Positions 18,851-27,514 of a DNA stretch of 64,000 nucleotides are shown here, piece by piece. The notes under the pieces are model-generated. The model worked only from the letters and a program-made list of their open reading frames with translations, was not told the DNA's origin and searched no databases. Numbering within the stretch: position 1 is the stretch's first letter; the number at the start of each line of letters is the position of its first letter. Position numbers and translations under genes: made by a program. The DNA comes from an uncultured Acidobacteriota bacterium (GTDB taxonomy: Bacteria > Acidobacteriota > Vicinamibacteria > Vicinamibacterales > UBA8438), in NCBI GenBank assembly GCA_913043225.1, contig CAJWLU010000003.1, positions 160,001 to 224,000 on the forward strand, written 5' to 3'.

Positions 18851-20216
18851 GCCGTCGTCCGCCCTGGTGCGCTGTGGTGAGTTTGTCGCCAGCGCCCATG
18901 TTCTTCCTGCCGCACGAAACGCGGCGCGCAACGCTGTACTGGATACGGTCGGCGTGACCCTGGCCGGGTCGATCGCGCCGGCAGCTCGCCTGGTGCGCGA
19001 GGTGGCCAGGAGTGAGGGGGGCGCAGCGCGTTGTGGCGTTCTTGGCACGGGCGAGCGGACGGGAGCCGGCTGGGCGGCGCTGGCCAACGGTACCGCCGCC
19101 CATGCCCTGGACTTCGACGACATGTGCTTCGTGTCGATGGCCCATCCCTCCGCCCCGCTAGTTGCGGCTGGCCTGGCGGCGGCGGAGTTGGTCGACGCCA
19201 GCGGAGAGGCGTTGCTCGATGCCTACTGCGTCGGCTTCGAGCTTGAGGCGGCGCTCGGCCGGGTCATGAACCCGACCCACTACGAGCGGGGGTGGCACGC
19301 CACCTCCTCCATCGGCACGTTGGGGGCGGCCGCGGTGGTTGCCCGTCTACTCGGGCAGGATCCTGCGACCACCGTACGTAGCTTGGCCATCGCGGCGTCG
19401 GGCGCCTGCGGGCTGAAGGAGAGCTTCGGCACCATGGTAAAGCCACTGCAAGGCGGTCTAGCTGGCCGCCACGGGGTGCTGGCGGCACAGCTGGCCGCGA
19501 CCGGCTTCACTGCGACCGAGCTCGCTGTCGAGGGGGCGCAGGGGCTGTTGGTGGCGATGCAATCGCGGGGGGACGATTTCTCTTCCGAGGTGAGGGCGCT
19601 CGGGCAGCAGTGGGAGATCGTTGATGGCGGGATCACGGTGAAGCTCTATCCGTGCTGCGCGGCGACCCACCCGACCATCGACACGCTCATCGACCTGCGA
19701 GCCGAACATGGATTCGGGCCCGAAGATGTCGAAGAGATCGAGGTGGCCGTCGACAGCGTCACTCCGACCGTGCTCATTCACGACCGGCCGTCGACCGGAC
19801 TCGAAGGGAAGTTCAGCATGCACTTCTGCGCCGCCGCGGCCGTCGTCCACGGCCGGGTCGGTATCGAGACCTTCGAGTCAGGTGTCGACGACCCGACTGT
19901 GCGTGCTCTCTTGCCGCGGGTCGTCATGCGGGCCGACCCTGAGGTCGGCATCGATCAGCCCACGCTCACCGAGGCGGTCGTCACCGTGCGGCTGAAGGAC
20001 GGTCGAACCCTCGAGCGCCGCGTGCGCGGGGCTCGCGGCTATCCGATGAATCCGCCGACGCGTGACGATTTGGAGCAGAAGTTTCTGTCCTGTGCCCGTC
20101 GTGCCCTGTCGGCCGAGGCCGCCGATGATGCGCTGGCCTGGCTTCGCGATCTCGACCAGCGCCCTATTGCCGGGTTGGTGGAACTGGTTGGCCAGCCAGC
20201 CGCCGCCGTCGTCTGA
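18837..20216 (+). CDS. MmgE/PrpD family protein
   Basis: ALANGTAAHALDFDD, HPSAP, GWHAT, KLYPCCAATH, GKFS. Confidence 0.92.
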   Translation: MKTLEPSSALVRCGEFVASAHVLPAARNAARNAVLDTVGVTLAGSIAPAARLVREVARSEGGAARCGVLGTGERTGAGWAALANGTAAHALDFDDMCFVSMAHPSAPLVAAGLAAAELVDASGEALLDAYCVGFELEAALGRVMNPTHYERGWHATSSIGTLGAAAVVARLLGQDPATTVRSLAIAASGACGLKESFGTMVKPLQGGLAGRHGVLAAQLAATGFTATELAVEGAQGLLVAMQSRGDDFSSEVRALGQQWEIVDGGITVKLYPCCAATHPTIDTLIDLRAEHGFGPEDVEEIEVAVDSVTPTVLIHDRPSTGLEGKFSMHFCAAAAVVHGRVGIETFESGVDDPTVRALLPRVVMRADPEVGIDQPTLTEAVVTVRLKDGRTLERRVRGARGYPMNPPTRDDLEQKFLSCARRALSAEAADDALAWLRDLDQRPIAGLVELVGQPAAAVV

Positions 20217-20223
20217 GGAAGTT

Positions 20224-21078
20224 ATGCCACATCGCCGTGTTCGTCGGTCCATCCTGTTCGTGCCAGCCGTCCGTCCCGATCGTCTTCCGAAAGCGATCGC
20301 GACCGGGGCCGATGCGGTCTGTCTCGATCTGGAAGACGGTGTCAGTTTCGCTCAGAAGGACGAGGCCAGATCACAGGCGCTGGCGTTGTTGAAGGACCCG
20401 GACGCGGGGCGGGCCGAGGTGGTGCTCCGGGTGAACGAGCCGGCGTCGGAGCTGGGCGAGCGGGATCTCACCGCGTTGCTCGAGTCTGGCGTTCGCCCTG
20501 ATGCGCTGATGATACCCAAGATCAGCGGGCCGGAGACGATCCAAGCGCTCGACCGCCGGCTGGCTGGCCGTTTGGATGATCTGCCGCTCTACGCTCAGAT
20601 CGAGACGGCCGCCGGGGTCGCCCACGCTGACGCGATCGCCACCGCGTCGCCGAATGTGGCTGTCATGTTCTTCGGCGCGGTCGATCTGTCAGCCGACCTC
20701 GGGTGCGTCATCGAATGGGACGCATTGCTGTATGCGCGCTCCAAGGTGGTCACGGCGGCGGCGCTGGCCGGAGTCGACGCGATGGACACTCCGTTCCTCG
20801 ACGTCAAGGTACCTGACGCGCTGGCGGAGGAGTCGCGAGCGGTACGGCGGCTCGGGTTCACCGGCAAGGCTGCGATTCACCCCACCCAGGTGATGCCGAT
20901 TCAGTCCGCCTTCTCACCGGACGAAGAGACCGTCGCCTGGGCCAGGAAGGTGGTGGTCGCCTATCAGGAGAACCGGGGCGGGGTCTTGCTGGTGGAGGGG
21001 AAGCTGGTCGAACGTCCCGTGATCGCGGCCGCGGAACGGGTCCTGGCGATCGCCGACGCGATCGAGGCGGCGACCTAG
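20224..21078 (+). CDS. CitE/HpcH-family CoA-ester lyase (citramalyl-CoA lyase-like)
   Basis: RRSILFVPA, DAVCLDLEDGV, IETAAG, FGAVDLSAD, GFTGKAAIHPTQ. Confidence 0.9.
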   Translation: MPHRRVRRSILFVPAVRPDRLPKAIATGADAVCLDLEDGVSFAQKDEARSQALALLKDPDAGRAEVVLRVNEPASELGERDLTALLESGVRPDALMIPKISGPETIQALDRRLAGRLDDLPLYAQIETAAGVAHADAIATASPNVAVMFFGAVDLSADLGCVIEWDALLYARSKVVTAAALAGVDAMDTPFLDVKVPDALAEESRAVRRLGFTGKAAIHPTQVMPIQSAFSPDEETVAWARKVVVAYQENRGGVLLVEGKLVERPVIAAAERVLAIADAIEAAT

Positions 21079-22529
21079 CCGACGGCCGGGCTGGCAACCA
21101 GTGCGGGCGGCGGGGTGGCCGGCACCGACACGGTGTCTCTGCTGTGGCGTTTCCGTATCTGCTCATTACGGTCATGGGCCAGCGCGTTCTGGAGCAGCGG
21201 CAGGTGGAACACGCCGTCGCCGCAGATCGCCACCGTGTCCGCCGAGATCGAGACCCACCCCAACTCTTCGAACGCCGCCCACACGACTCGGTGTTCCTCG
21301 ACCACATCGGTCCCGAAGAGCCGGACGTAGGCGGCGCGATCGACAGACATCCCTTGCATTTCCTGGAACAGCAGATGCAGCTGGAGGTCCGGTCGGCCGT
21401 AGTGAAAGCCCCGCATCACGGGATAGCGCCCCTCCCGGATGCAGTCGAAGTACTCGGCGATGCGGACCTGATTCATGAAGGCCCAGCCGGGCGCTTGAGG
21501 AGTGCCGAAGAAGAATGAGATGCCGGCGTAGCCCCAACCCCAGGCGTCGAAGCCGATGGCGCCCTGGTCGTCGGTCTGGAACGGCTTACGGAAGAGTTCC
21601 TCGTAGAGATAGGAGCTCGGGAGCTCCGAGTCCTGCCGCTCGAAGTCGTATGGCGTCACTTGCCGATAGCCATGCGCTTCCAGCACCTCCTTGCCCACCC
21701 GATACATCTCCAGGTTCTGTTCGGTCGAGGGCAGCTCGGATCGATGGTGACGCGAGAAGGCGGTGCGACCGGCCACGTTGAGCTCGTAGTGGGTGATGTG
21801 GGTGACGCCGGTGGCGGAGACCGCCTCGAGGTCACGTACCATGTGGTCCAGCGTCTGGTTCGGCCAGCCGAAGATCAGGTCCACGCTCGCCGGGAGCCCC
21901 AGCGCCTCACATGATTCGAGGGTTTGAAAGACCTGCTCGGCCCGTTGCTTTCGCCCACTCGCCTTGATCAGCTCGTCGTCCAGCTGCTGGACACCCATGC
22001 TGATGCGGTTCATGCCGCTCTGCTTCATGCCGAGTAGCTTGTCGTGGCTGAACGTCTGCGGGATGCCTTCGAGGGTGATCTCGATGTGGGGAGGGATCTC
22101 GAAGACCCCTCGCACGACGTCCATCAGCCGCGGGTATTGATCAGCTTTGTAGAGGTTCGATGTGCCTCCGCCGAAGTAGATGCTGGCCAGCTCGGCCCCG
22201 GCGAAGTGGTCGCGGAATAGATCGCCCTCACGTTCGAGATAGCCGAGATACTCGTCCAGCTGACGGTGACTCGTGTAGATCTCGCTCGGGAACAGGCAGA
22301 AACCGCACCGATCTGGGTCGGTCGGCAGGCAGTACGGGGTCCCGACGTAGAGGTTGACCCGTTTCCTAAGAGCGCGGCCCGCTGTGGCGCGGTCCGCGAG
22401 TACCTGGTCCATCGGAACCTGCTGCTCCAGCCACTGCACGGGCGACGGGTAGCCGTGGAGCACCTTGTTGCTCTGGCGGCGGCGGCGTTGCTTGTCCACG
22501 AAGGCGTGAACCGCCTCAATGCTGTGCAT
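21075..22529 (-). CDS. HemN-like (class C) radical SAM enzyme with CX7CX2C motif
   Basis: LYVGTPYCLPTDPDRCGFC, IYFGGGT, NRISMGVQQ, VDLIFGWPNQT. Confidence 0.85.
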   Translation of the reverse strand: MHSIEAVHAFVDKQRRRRQSNKVLHGYPSPVQWLEQQVPMDQVLADRATAGRALRKRVNLYVGTPYCLPTDPDRCGFCLFPSEIYTSHRQLDEYLGYLEREGDLFRDHFAGAELASIYFGGGTSNLYKADQYPRLMDVVRGVFEIPPHIEITLEGIPQTFSHDKLLGMKQSGMNRISMGVQQLDDELIKASGRKQRAEQVFQTLESCEALGLPASVDLIFGWPNQTLDHMVRDLEAVSATGVTHITHYELNVAGRTAFSRHHRSELPSTEQNLEMYRVGKEVLEAHGYRQVTPYDFERQDSELPSSYLYEELFRKPFQTDDQGAIGFDAWGWGYAGISFFFGTPQAPGWAFMNQVRIAEYFDCIREGRYPVMRGFHYGRPDLQLHLLFQEMQGMSVDRAAYVRLFGTDVVEEHRVVWAAFEELGWVSISADTVAICGDGVFHLPLLQNALAHDRNEQIRKRHSRDTVSVPATPPPALVASPAVG

Positions 22530-22600
22530 GCTGGGTACAGAGAAACCAGAGGCGCCGAACGGCGTGCCATGGCGCTGGAACTCGGCTCGTTAGTGACTGG

Positions 22601-22629
22601 ATTGTCGACCGGACAGGAGGGGTTGTCAA
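22601..22629 (-). promoter_or_regulatory. Sigma70-like promoter of the radical SAM gene
   Basis: Minus strand TTGACA-17 bp-GACAAT. Confidence 0.55.
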
Positions 22630-22718
22630 CCCGAGTCGAGTGGGTGTCCGCGGGCAAAGCCGAGACCTGGAATACAACCTGCGGGCGACTGATTTTGAGT
22701 GCTTGCGAGGGAACTTCG

Positions 22719-25265
22719 TTACCGGATCTTCGCAAGAACGGCGTGATGATAGTTGAAGTCGACCCGCTTCGGTCGTGCTGGGAGCGGCAGGGTCACCCGC
22801 ACTTCTTCCTCATCGACCCAGATCCTTCGGAGCATCGGCGGGCGGTTCTCGAAGGTTAGATGGATCGGCACCGGCATCCGAAATCCGGCCGAGACGTCCC
22901 TCTGGCGAATGGTACCCTCCAAGACGTACCCGTCGCTCTCCGTGCGCACGTCCAGGTCCACGTCGTAGGTCGGGACCTCGACTCCGTAGACCCACTGGTC
23001 GAAGAACCAGTCCATCGGTTCGCCAAACGTCTCGTCGACCGCGTCCTCGAACGATCGGGTCGACATGACGCCGCCGACGTGCGCGGTCGCGTATCCCCGC
23101 ATCAACTGGCGGAAGCGTTCGTCGCTCCCCGTGTCGGGGTCGAGCAGCATGGCGCGCAGCATATGCAGGATGTAGGCGCCTTTCTCGTAGACGATGACCC
23201 GGTAGTCGAACGGGGTCTCGGTGGAGTTCAGCCGATGGCCTACCACCAGCGCTCCAGAGTCGTGGCCGTCGCTTCGCTGGAGCGCGCCCGGCGAAAATCC
23301 GTAGTGGCGCAGGCCCATACCCTGTCCCACCTGGCCTTCGCCTAGCACGTCGTGCCGCCAGGCGTCGATCATCTCAAGGAACTGGTCCTCATCCTCCAGG
23401 GCTTGAAGCGCGTACAGTGCCGCCGCGTACTGGGCAAAGCCCTCGCTCATCCACTGGTCCCGATAGTCTTCCCAGTCAATGGCGGCGCCCCACCACTGGT
23501 GAGCGACCTCGTGGGCCCGGAACAATTCCGCCTCGCCGGTGTGGAGCTCCCCGAAGGCCTGATAGGAGAGTAGTAGCAGGCCGGGAAAGGCTTGACCACT
23601 TTGGGTCGGGGTTTCGGTGGTCAACAAGGAGGAGAACGGGAACGGTCCGAAGTAGTCGCTGAAGAGCTCAATCGATGCCGTGAGGTCCTCGACCGTCTTT
23701 TCCCGGTTGCCCGGCGCAAAGCCCAGGTGGTTGTCGTTGCCGTACACTGAGACCGCCGGCGGCGACGCGCGTTCGACCGTTGTTACGTCGAATTGTCCGA
23801 GGTGGAATGACATGTTGCGTACCGGCTTGTCGGTGACCCAACGCATGATCCGAGTGTCGTCCACCACCTCTTCGCGGGTCATGACGCCGCCGCTGGCCAC
23901 CTGATAGCGCTCAGGCATCCGGAAGGTCAGGTCAAGCCGGGTCAACCGGGTGTCTGGATGACGGGGTTGCCAGTAGATAGTGTCCTTGAGCAGGAAGTCG
24001 TTGCTCTCGCGAAGGCGTTCGATGAGCTCGCCCTCGTAGGCCAGCTGGACGACGAATCGTTCTCCCGCCTCGAACGTGCGCGGTAGCTCGATCGTGATCC
24101 AGGGCTCGAAGACGTCGTCAGCCATGAGCCGATCGTCACGTTCGCGGACGAAGGGGACCGCCTCGCCGGAGAGGGGGGTCGGCTCGTCGGGTGCGGGAGC
24201 TTCCGCGGCGGTGTTCTCCTTCGCCTCCATCTGGAGGAGCGAGGGCGACGTGTCTCCCTCTGGCGGCGGAGCGAGTCTGACGTCGATCACCTCCAGCACC
24301 TGGCTCAGTAACAGACGAAGACCCCGCGTGGGTTCCAATGGCTCGATCAGCAGCGCCGCGGTCCCACTCGCGTCTCCGTTGCCCTCAAGCGCGAGATCCA
24401 CCTGGGCGCGTGGCACTCTGATGCGCGGGTTCCATGCGTCGCTGTCGAGTGGCCGGGCCGGTAGCCCAAGCGCGCCACCGGTTACCTCGTCGTCGAGGCT
24501 TTCCGGATCGACGACGTAGCCATCAAGTGCGCGCGCGCGCTGCTCCGCGGTGAAGTCAGGCAGGAAGTCGACGCGGAGCCAGTAGTCTCGGATGCGTCGC
24601 CGGCTATCGTGCTTGTAGAGTTCGACTTCCTCTCTCGCGCCGGGGTCGCGCGTGATGGTGAGCCAGCCTTCGTCCTTAGTGTCGATATCGGCTAGGAGAA
24701 ACGCACGGTCGCTCTGAAGCGTGCCGGCTTGCCGCCGGAGGAGGTCCTCCAGGATCCGTCCGTCCGGGTTGTGGAGCTGGTCCTCAAGCCGATCTTCCCG
24801 CCGGTCGTCGAGATACCGCGCGGCTCGTTTGGGGTCGCCCTCGTCGTCGGCCGGGTCGGCCAACGCACGGAGGTCTCGCAGTGTGTCGCTTACGGACCAG
24901 ACCACGAGTCGCTCGAACGCTTCGTCGACGTGGTGGTCGTCGGAGAGCTTCTCCAGCTGGTGGTACTCCACCGCGTCCGGGGCGAACCCGCGGAGCACGC
25001 CGTCTCCGAGGTAGACGGCGATCGGGATTAGGCCGTCGACTTCTTGCCCGAGATAGAGTCGGCCGTCGGATAGCTCCAGTTCGAAACGGTCGAGACGCAG
25101 GCGCTGGCCACGGATGCGACCTGCGTAAGTCATCTCCTCCCCGCGCAGCGTGGAGTAGCGGCCTGGCGGTTCCCGTTCCTCGTCCTGTGCCACGCTCGGG
25201 GTGGGTATCCCTAGAGTGACCGCGTAGACGGCGAGCGGCAGCAGTACGACTCGGCCGCTGGGCAT
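22719..25265 (-). CDS. Exported M1-family (gluzincin) aminopeptidase
   Basis: Signal peptide ending SVA-Q; AHEVAHQWWG...WMSEGFA; YEKGAYILHMLR. Confidence 0.85.
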   Translation of the reverse strand: MPSGRVVLLPLAVYAVTLGIPTPSVAQDEEREPPGRYSTLRGEEMTYAGRIRGQRLRLDRFELELSDGRLYLGQEVDGLIPIAVYLGDGVLRGFAPDAVEYHQLEKLSDDHHVDEAFERLVVWSVSDTLRDLRALADPADDEGDPKRAARYLDDRREDRLEDQLHNPDGRILEDLLRRQAGTLQSDRAFLLADIDTKDEGWLTITRDPGAREEVELYKHDSRRRIRDYWLRVDFLPDFTAEQRARALDGYVVDPESLDDEVTGGALGLPARPLDSDAWNPRIRVPRAQVDLALEGNGDASGTAALLIEPLEPTRGLRLLLSQVLEVIDVRLAPPPEGDTSPSLLQMEAKENTAAEAPAPDEPTPLSGEAVPFVRERDDRLMADDVFEPWITIELPRTFEAGERFVVQLAYEGELIERLRESNDFLLKDTIYWQPRHPDTRLTRLDLTFRMPERYQVASGGVMTREEVVDDTRIMRWVTDKPVRNMSFHLGQFDVTTVERASPPAVSVYGNDNHLGFAPGNREKTVEDLTASIELFSDYFGPFPFSSLLTTETPTQSGQAFPGLLLLSYQAFGELHTGEAELFRAHEVAHQWWGAAIDWEDYRDQWMSEGFAQYAAALYALQALEDEDQFLEMIDAWRHDVLGEGQVGQGMGLRHYGFSPGALQRSDGHDSGALVVGHRLNSTETPFDYRVIVYEKGAYILHMLRAMLLDPDTGSDERFRQLMRGYATAHVGGVMSTRSFEDAVDETFGEPMDWFFDQWVYGVEVPTYDVDLDVRTESDGYVLEGTIRQRDVSAGFRMPVPIHLTFENRPPMLRRIWVDEEEVRVTLPLPARPKRVDFNYHHAVLAKIR

Positions 25266-25432
25266 GTCGCCAGCGTACACCAGCTTGTCAGGACTGGACG
25301 TAGGTAGGGGGCCCGGCAGCGGGTGGTGGGGTCATCGGTCACCCAAGCTTAGGCTGGCGCCACTTGAGGAAAAGTGAGCGGTTTTCCCCCATGGGTGACT
25401 CGTCCGGTCGCGTTCCCGATGACCCTGCTATG

Positions 25433-25885
25433 TCAAACGCTAGGGCGTCGAGAACTGAACACCGGTTCTCTCGGAACGTCCTCGACGGCAATCCTGAAGC
25501 AGTGGGAGCCCGAAGGATGCGACCAGAAGGCACCTTCGTCCTGAAGCTGTTCCGCGGTGGAGAAGCTCGTGCACAGCTCGTAGCTGTCTTCTGCAAGCAC
25601 TTGATAGGAATACGGTTCTCCGGACTCAGGGTCGCTCAGCTGAAGTTTCGGTTCGGCCGAGGACTCCAGCACCCTGAGCGCAAGAGGAAGCGCGCCGACC
25701 CGATTCCAGTACACGTCCACAGCCCGGGCCACCGCACGAAGCTCGCTCCGGCGTCGGGCATCAAGGCGTCGGTCCCGCTCGACGGCCGGCGACCCGAGGA
25801 GCCCGAGCCCGATTCCCACCGCCATGGTGGCTACGAGGATCGCCGCGACGAGTAGTCGCGTGCCCCCGGGGGAGCCGGCCTTCAT
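25433..25885 (-). CDS. Membrane-anchored hypothetical protein (pilin-like N-terminal helix)
   Basis: TM helix, then RRLDARRRSEL, DPESGEPYSY, YELC..F, HCF; ATGA overlap with the DUF5671-like gene. Confidence 0.7.
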   Translation of the reverse strand: MKAGSPGGTRLLVAAILVATMAVGIGLGLLGSPAVERDRRLDARRRSELRAVARAVDVYWNRVGALPLALRVLESSAEPKLQLSDPESGEPYSYQVLAEDSYELCTSFSTAEQLQDEGAFWSHPSGSHCFRIAVEDVPREPVFSSRRPSV

Positions 25886-26529
25886 GCCTCAGTCTCGCGT
25901 TCGTCGGCACGGAGGTCTGAGAGGTAGTACCAGAATCCGCCGCCCGCCAGCGCTCCGACGGTGAGGACCTTGAGCAAGAACCTGGTGGTCAGCTCACCCC
26001 CCAGCAGGTTGAAGACCAGCGTGGTGACATCGCCGATCAGCACCGCCGCCGCCACGAACAGCGTGAGATAGGTCAGCCACCGCCGCACCTTCGATGCCCG
26101 CTTCGCTGGGTCGGCCGCCAGTTCCTTGCCTACCAGCTTGGAGAGTCCGACGAAGAGTGGGCCGGCGACGATCAGGAGAGATACGGACCAGCGGATTTGT
26201 TCGCGCATGACCTGGACGGGTCGCGTGTAGCTGAGGTCTGGGAACGCGTAGTTGATCAGTTCGAAGAGGAGTTGGCCCAGGCTGAACGCACTCAGATAGA
26301 GCGCCGTGAACAGCAGGAGGTAAACGAAGGCGTCCCTGGCTGACAGGTACGGCTGCGGGCGGGGGACTGGGAGCGGAAATTCCACGTCAGCGTAGCAGGT
26401 AAGGGCTCCGCGAATGTCCGCCCCATCCCAGCCGGCGTTTTTGAGCGCCGTCCGCAGGCGAGATCGATCTACACCGCGGGCCAGACCGTCCCTGACGAAT
26501 CGCCGAAGTTCTTCGGGGGCTGCCATCAC
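25882..26529 (-). CDS. DUF5671-like membrane protein
   Basis: SARDAFVYLLLF, RRWLTYLTLFVA, LLGGELTTRFLLK; four TM segments. Confidence 0.75.
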   Translation of the reverse strand: MMAAPEELRRFVRDGLARGVDRSRLRTALKNAGWDGADIRGALTCYADVEFPLPVPRPQPYLSARDAFVYLLLFTALYLSAFSLGQLLFELINYAFPDLSYTRPVQVMREQIRWSVSLLIVAGPLFVGLSKLVGKELAADPAKRASKVRRWLTYLTLFVAAAVLIGDVTTLVFNLLGGELTTRFLLKVLTVGALAGGGFWYYLSDLRADERETEA

Positions 26530-26535
26530 TCCTCC

Positions 26536-26997
26536 TCAGGTATCCAGTCTGTGTGTGAGCTCGCGTATCGTACCGACCGTGCGCTCTAGGTCGGCCTCGG
26601 GCAGACCGTCAGCGATTCGGGCGGCCCAGTCGTGACCGACGTCGGTCAGCGCGGCTTCGATCCGTTCACCTTTCCGAGTCAAGACGAGCAAGGGTGAACG
26701 AACATGGTCGGGGTTGGGGTCGTAACGCACGAGGCCGTCCTTTGCGAGCAGGTCTGCGACCCGCTGCACGCTCTGGCGCGACATACCCATGCGCCGGGCG
26801 ATCTGCGGAACGGTCCTGGTTTCCTCGGCCACTGCACCGATGACCTGCCACCGCGCCTGCGTCTGGCCGAGCGGCGCGGTCAATGCGGCGCCGTGGCGCA
26901 GGAGCGCGCCGTTTAACCGAAAGATCTCGAGTACCAGCTGTCGGAGGGTGTCTGCGCTGGCGGGTCGAGTGGCCGGGGTGTACTGGTCTGAACCCAT
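26536..26997 (-). CDS. MarR family transcriptional regulator
   Basis: ARWQVIGAV, TVPQIARRMGMSRQSVQRVADLL, NPDHVRSPL. Confidence 0.9.
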   Translation of the reverse strand: MGSDQYTPATRPASADTLRQLVLEIFRLNGALLRHGAALTAPLGQTQARWQVIGAVAEETRTVPQIARRMGMSRQSVQRVADLLAKDGLVRYDPNPDHVRSPLLVLTRKGERIEAALTDVGHDWAARIADGLPEADLERTVGTIRELTHRLDT

Positions 26998-27004
26998 ATG
27001 ACAC

Positions 27005-27035
27005 TATTGAACCATATAGACATTATTCTGTCAAT
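27005..27035 (-). promoter_or_regulatory. marR promoter with putative operator palindrome
   Basis: Minus strand TTGACA-17-TTCAAT just upstream of the ATG; imperfect palindrome atagaca-ttattc-tgtcaat at 27016-27035. Confidence 0.5.
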
Positions 27036-27268
27036 ATGAATAGCCGTGCTACTTTGCCGCATTTGCCGGCGACCCGAGGCGCTGGTCGGGTTATGACTGG
27101 ACGGGAAGGACCGGTGGCTGAGGTCGCAACTCACTACCTCCGCGCGGTCCTTGGGGGAGGCACTCGTGTGGCTACGAGCCCCATCCAAGTCATGGAAGAT
27201 CCCGACCAGACGCCTCGAGTGACGCCCGCCCGCAGGGCCGGAGAGCCTGCTCCAACCCCGCGGTCCTG

Positions 27269-27502
27269 CTAGTGGGGAGTCGTGTGCTGTATATCGACTT
27301 CTGAATCGAGTGTCCGCTCTTCGTCTTCGACTCCGAACTCAACATAGGCGTCGCCAAGCAGACGCACCAGCTCCCGTAGTTCTCGCTTGGTGAGCTTCAA
27401 CACTAGGGGACCCAGATCTACGTGGATGCAGCCGTGTTGACACTGCGACACGGCCCAGTGCCGCCGTTTACGGGGTTGCTCTTCTGACGTTTCCTGTTTC
27501 AT
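27269..27502 (-). CDS. Small CxxGCxH protein (77 aa), last gene of the receptor operon
   Basis: RBS ggag; 12 bp downstream of the receptor stop; VSQCQHGCIHVDLG motif. Confidence 0.7.
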   Translation of the reverse strand: MKQETSEEQPRKRRHWAVSQCQHGCIHVDLGPLVLKLTKRELRELVRLLGDAYVEFGVEDEERTLDSEVDIQHTTPH

Positions 27503-27514
27503 GATGTCTCCGTA

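Noticed and set aside
25338..25400. Inverted repeat gtcaccca...tgggtgac
   Set aside because: Only 8 bp, single copy; compatible with chance
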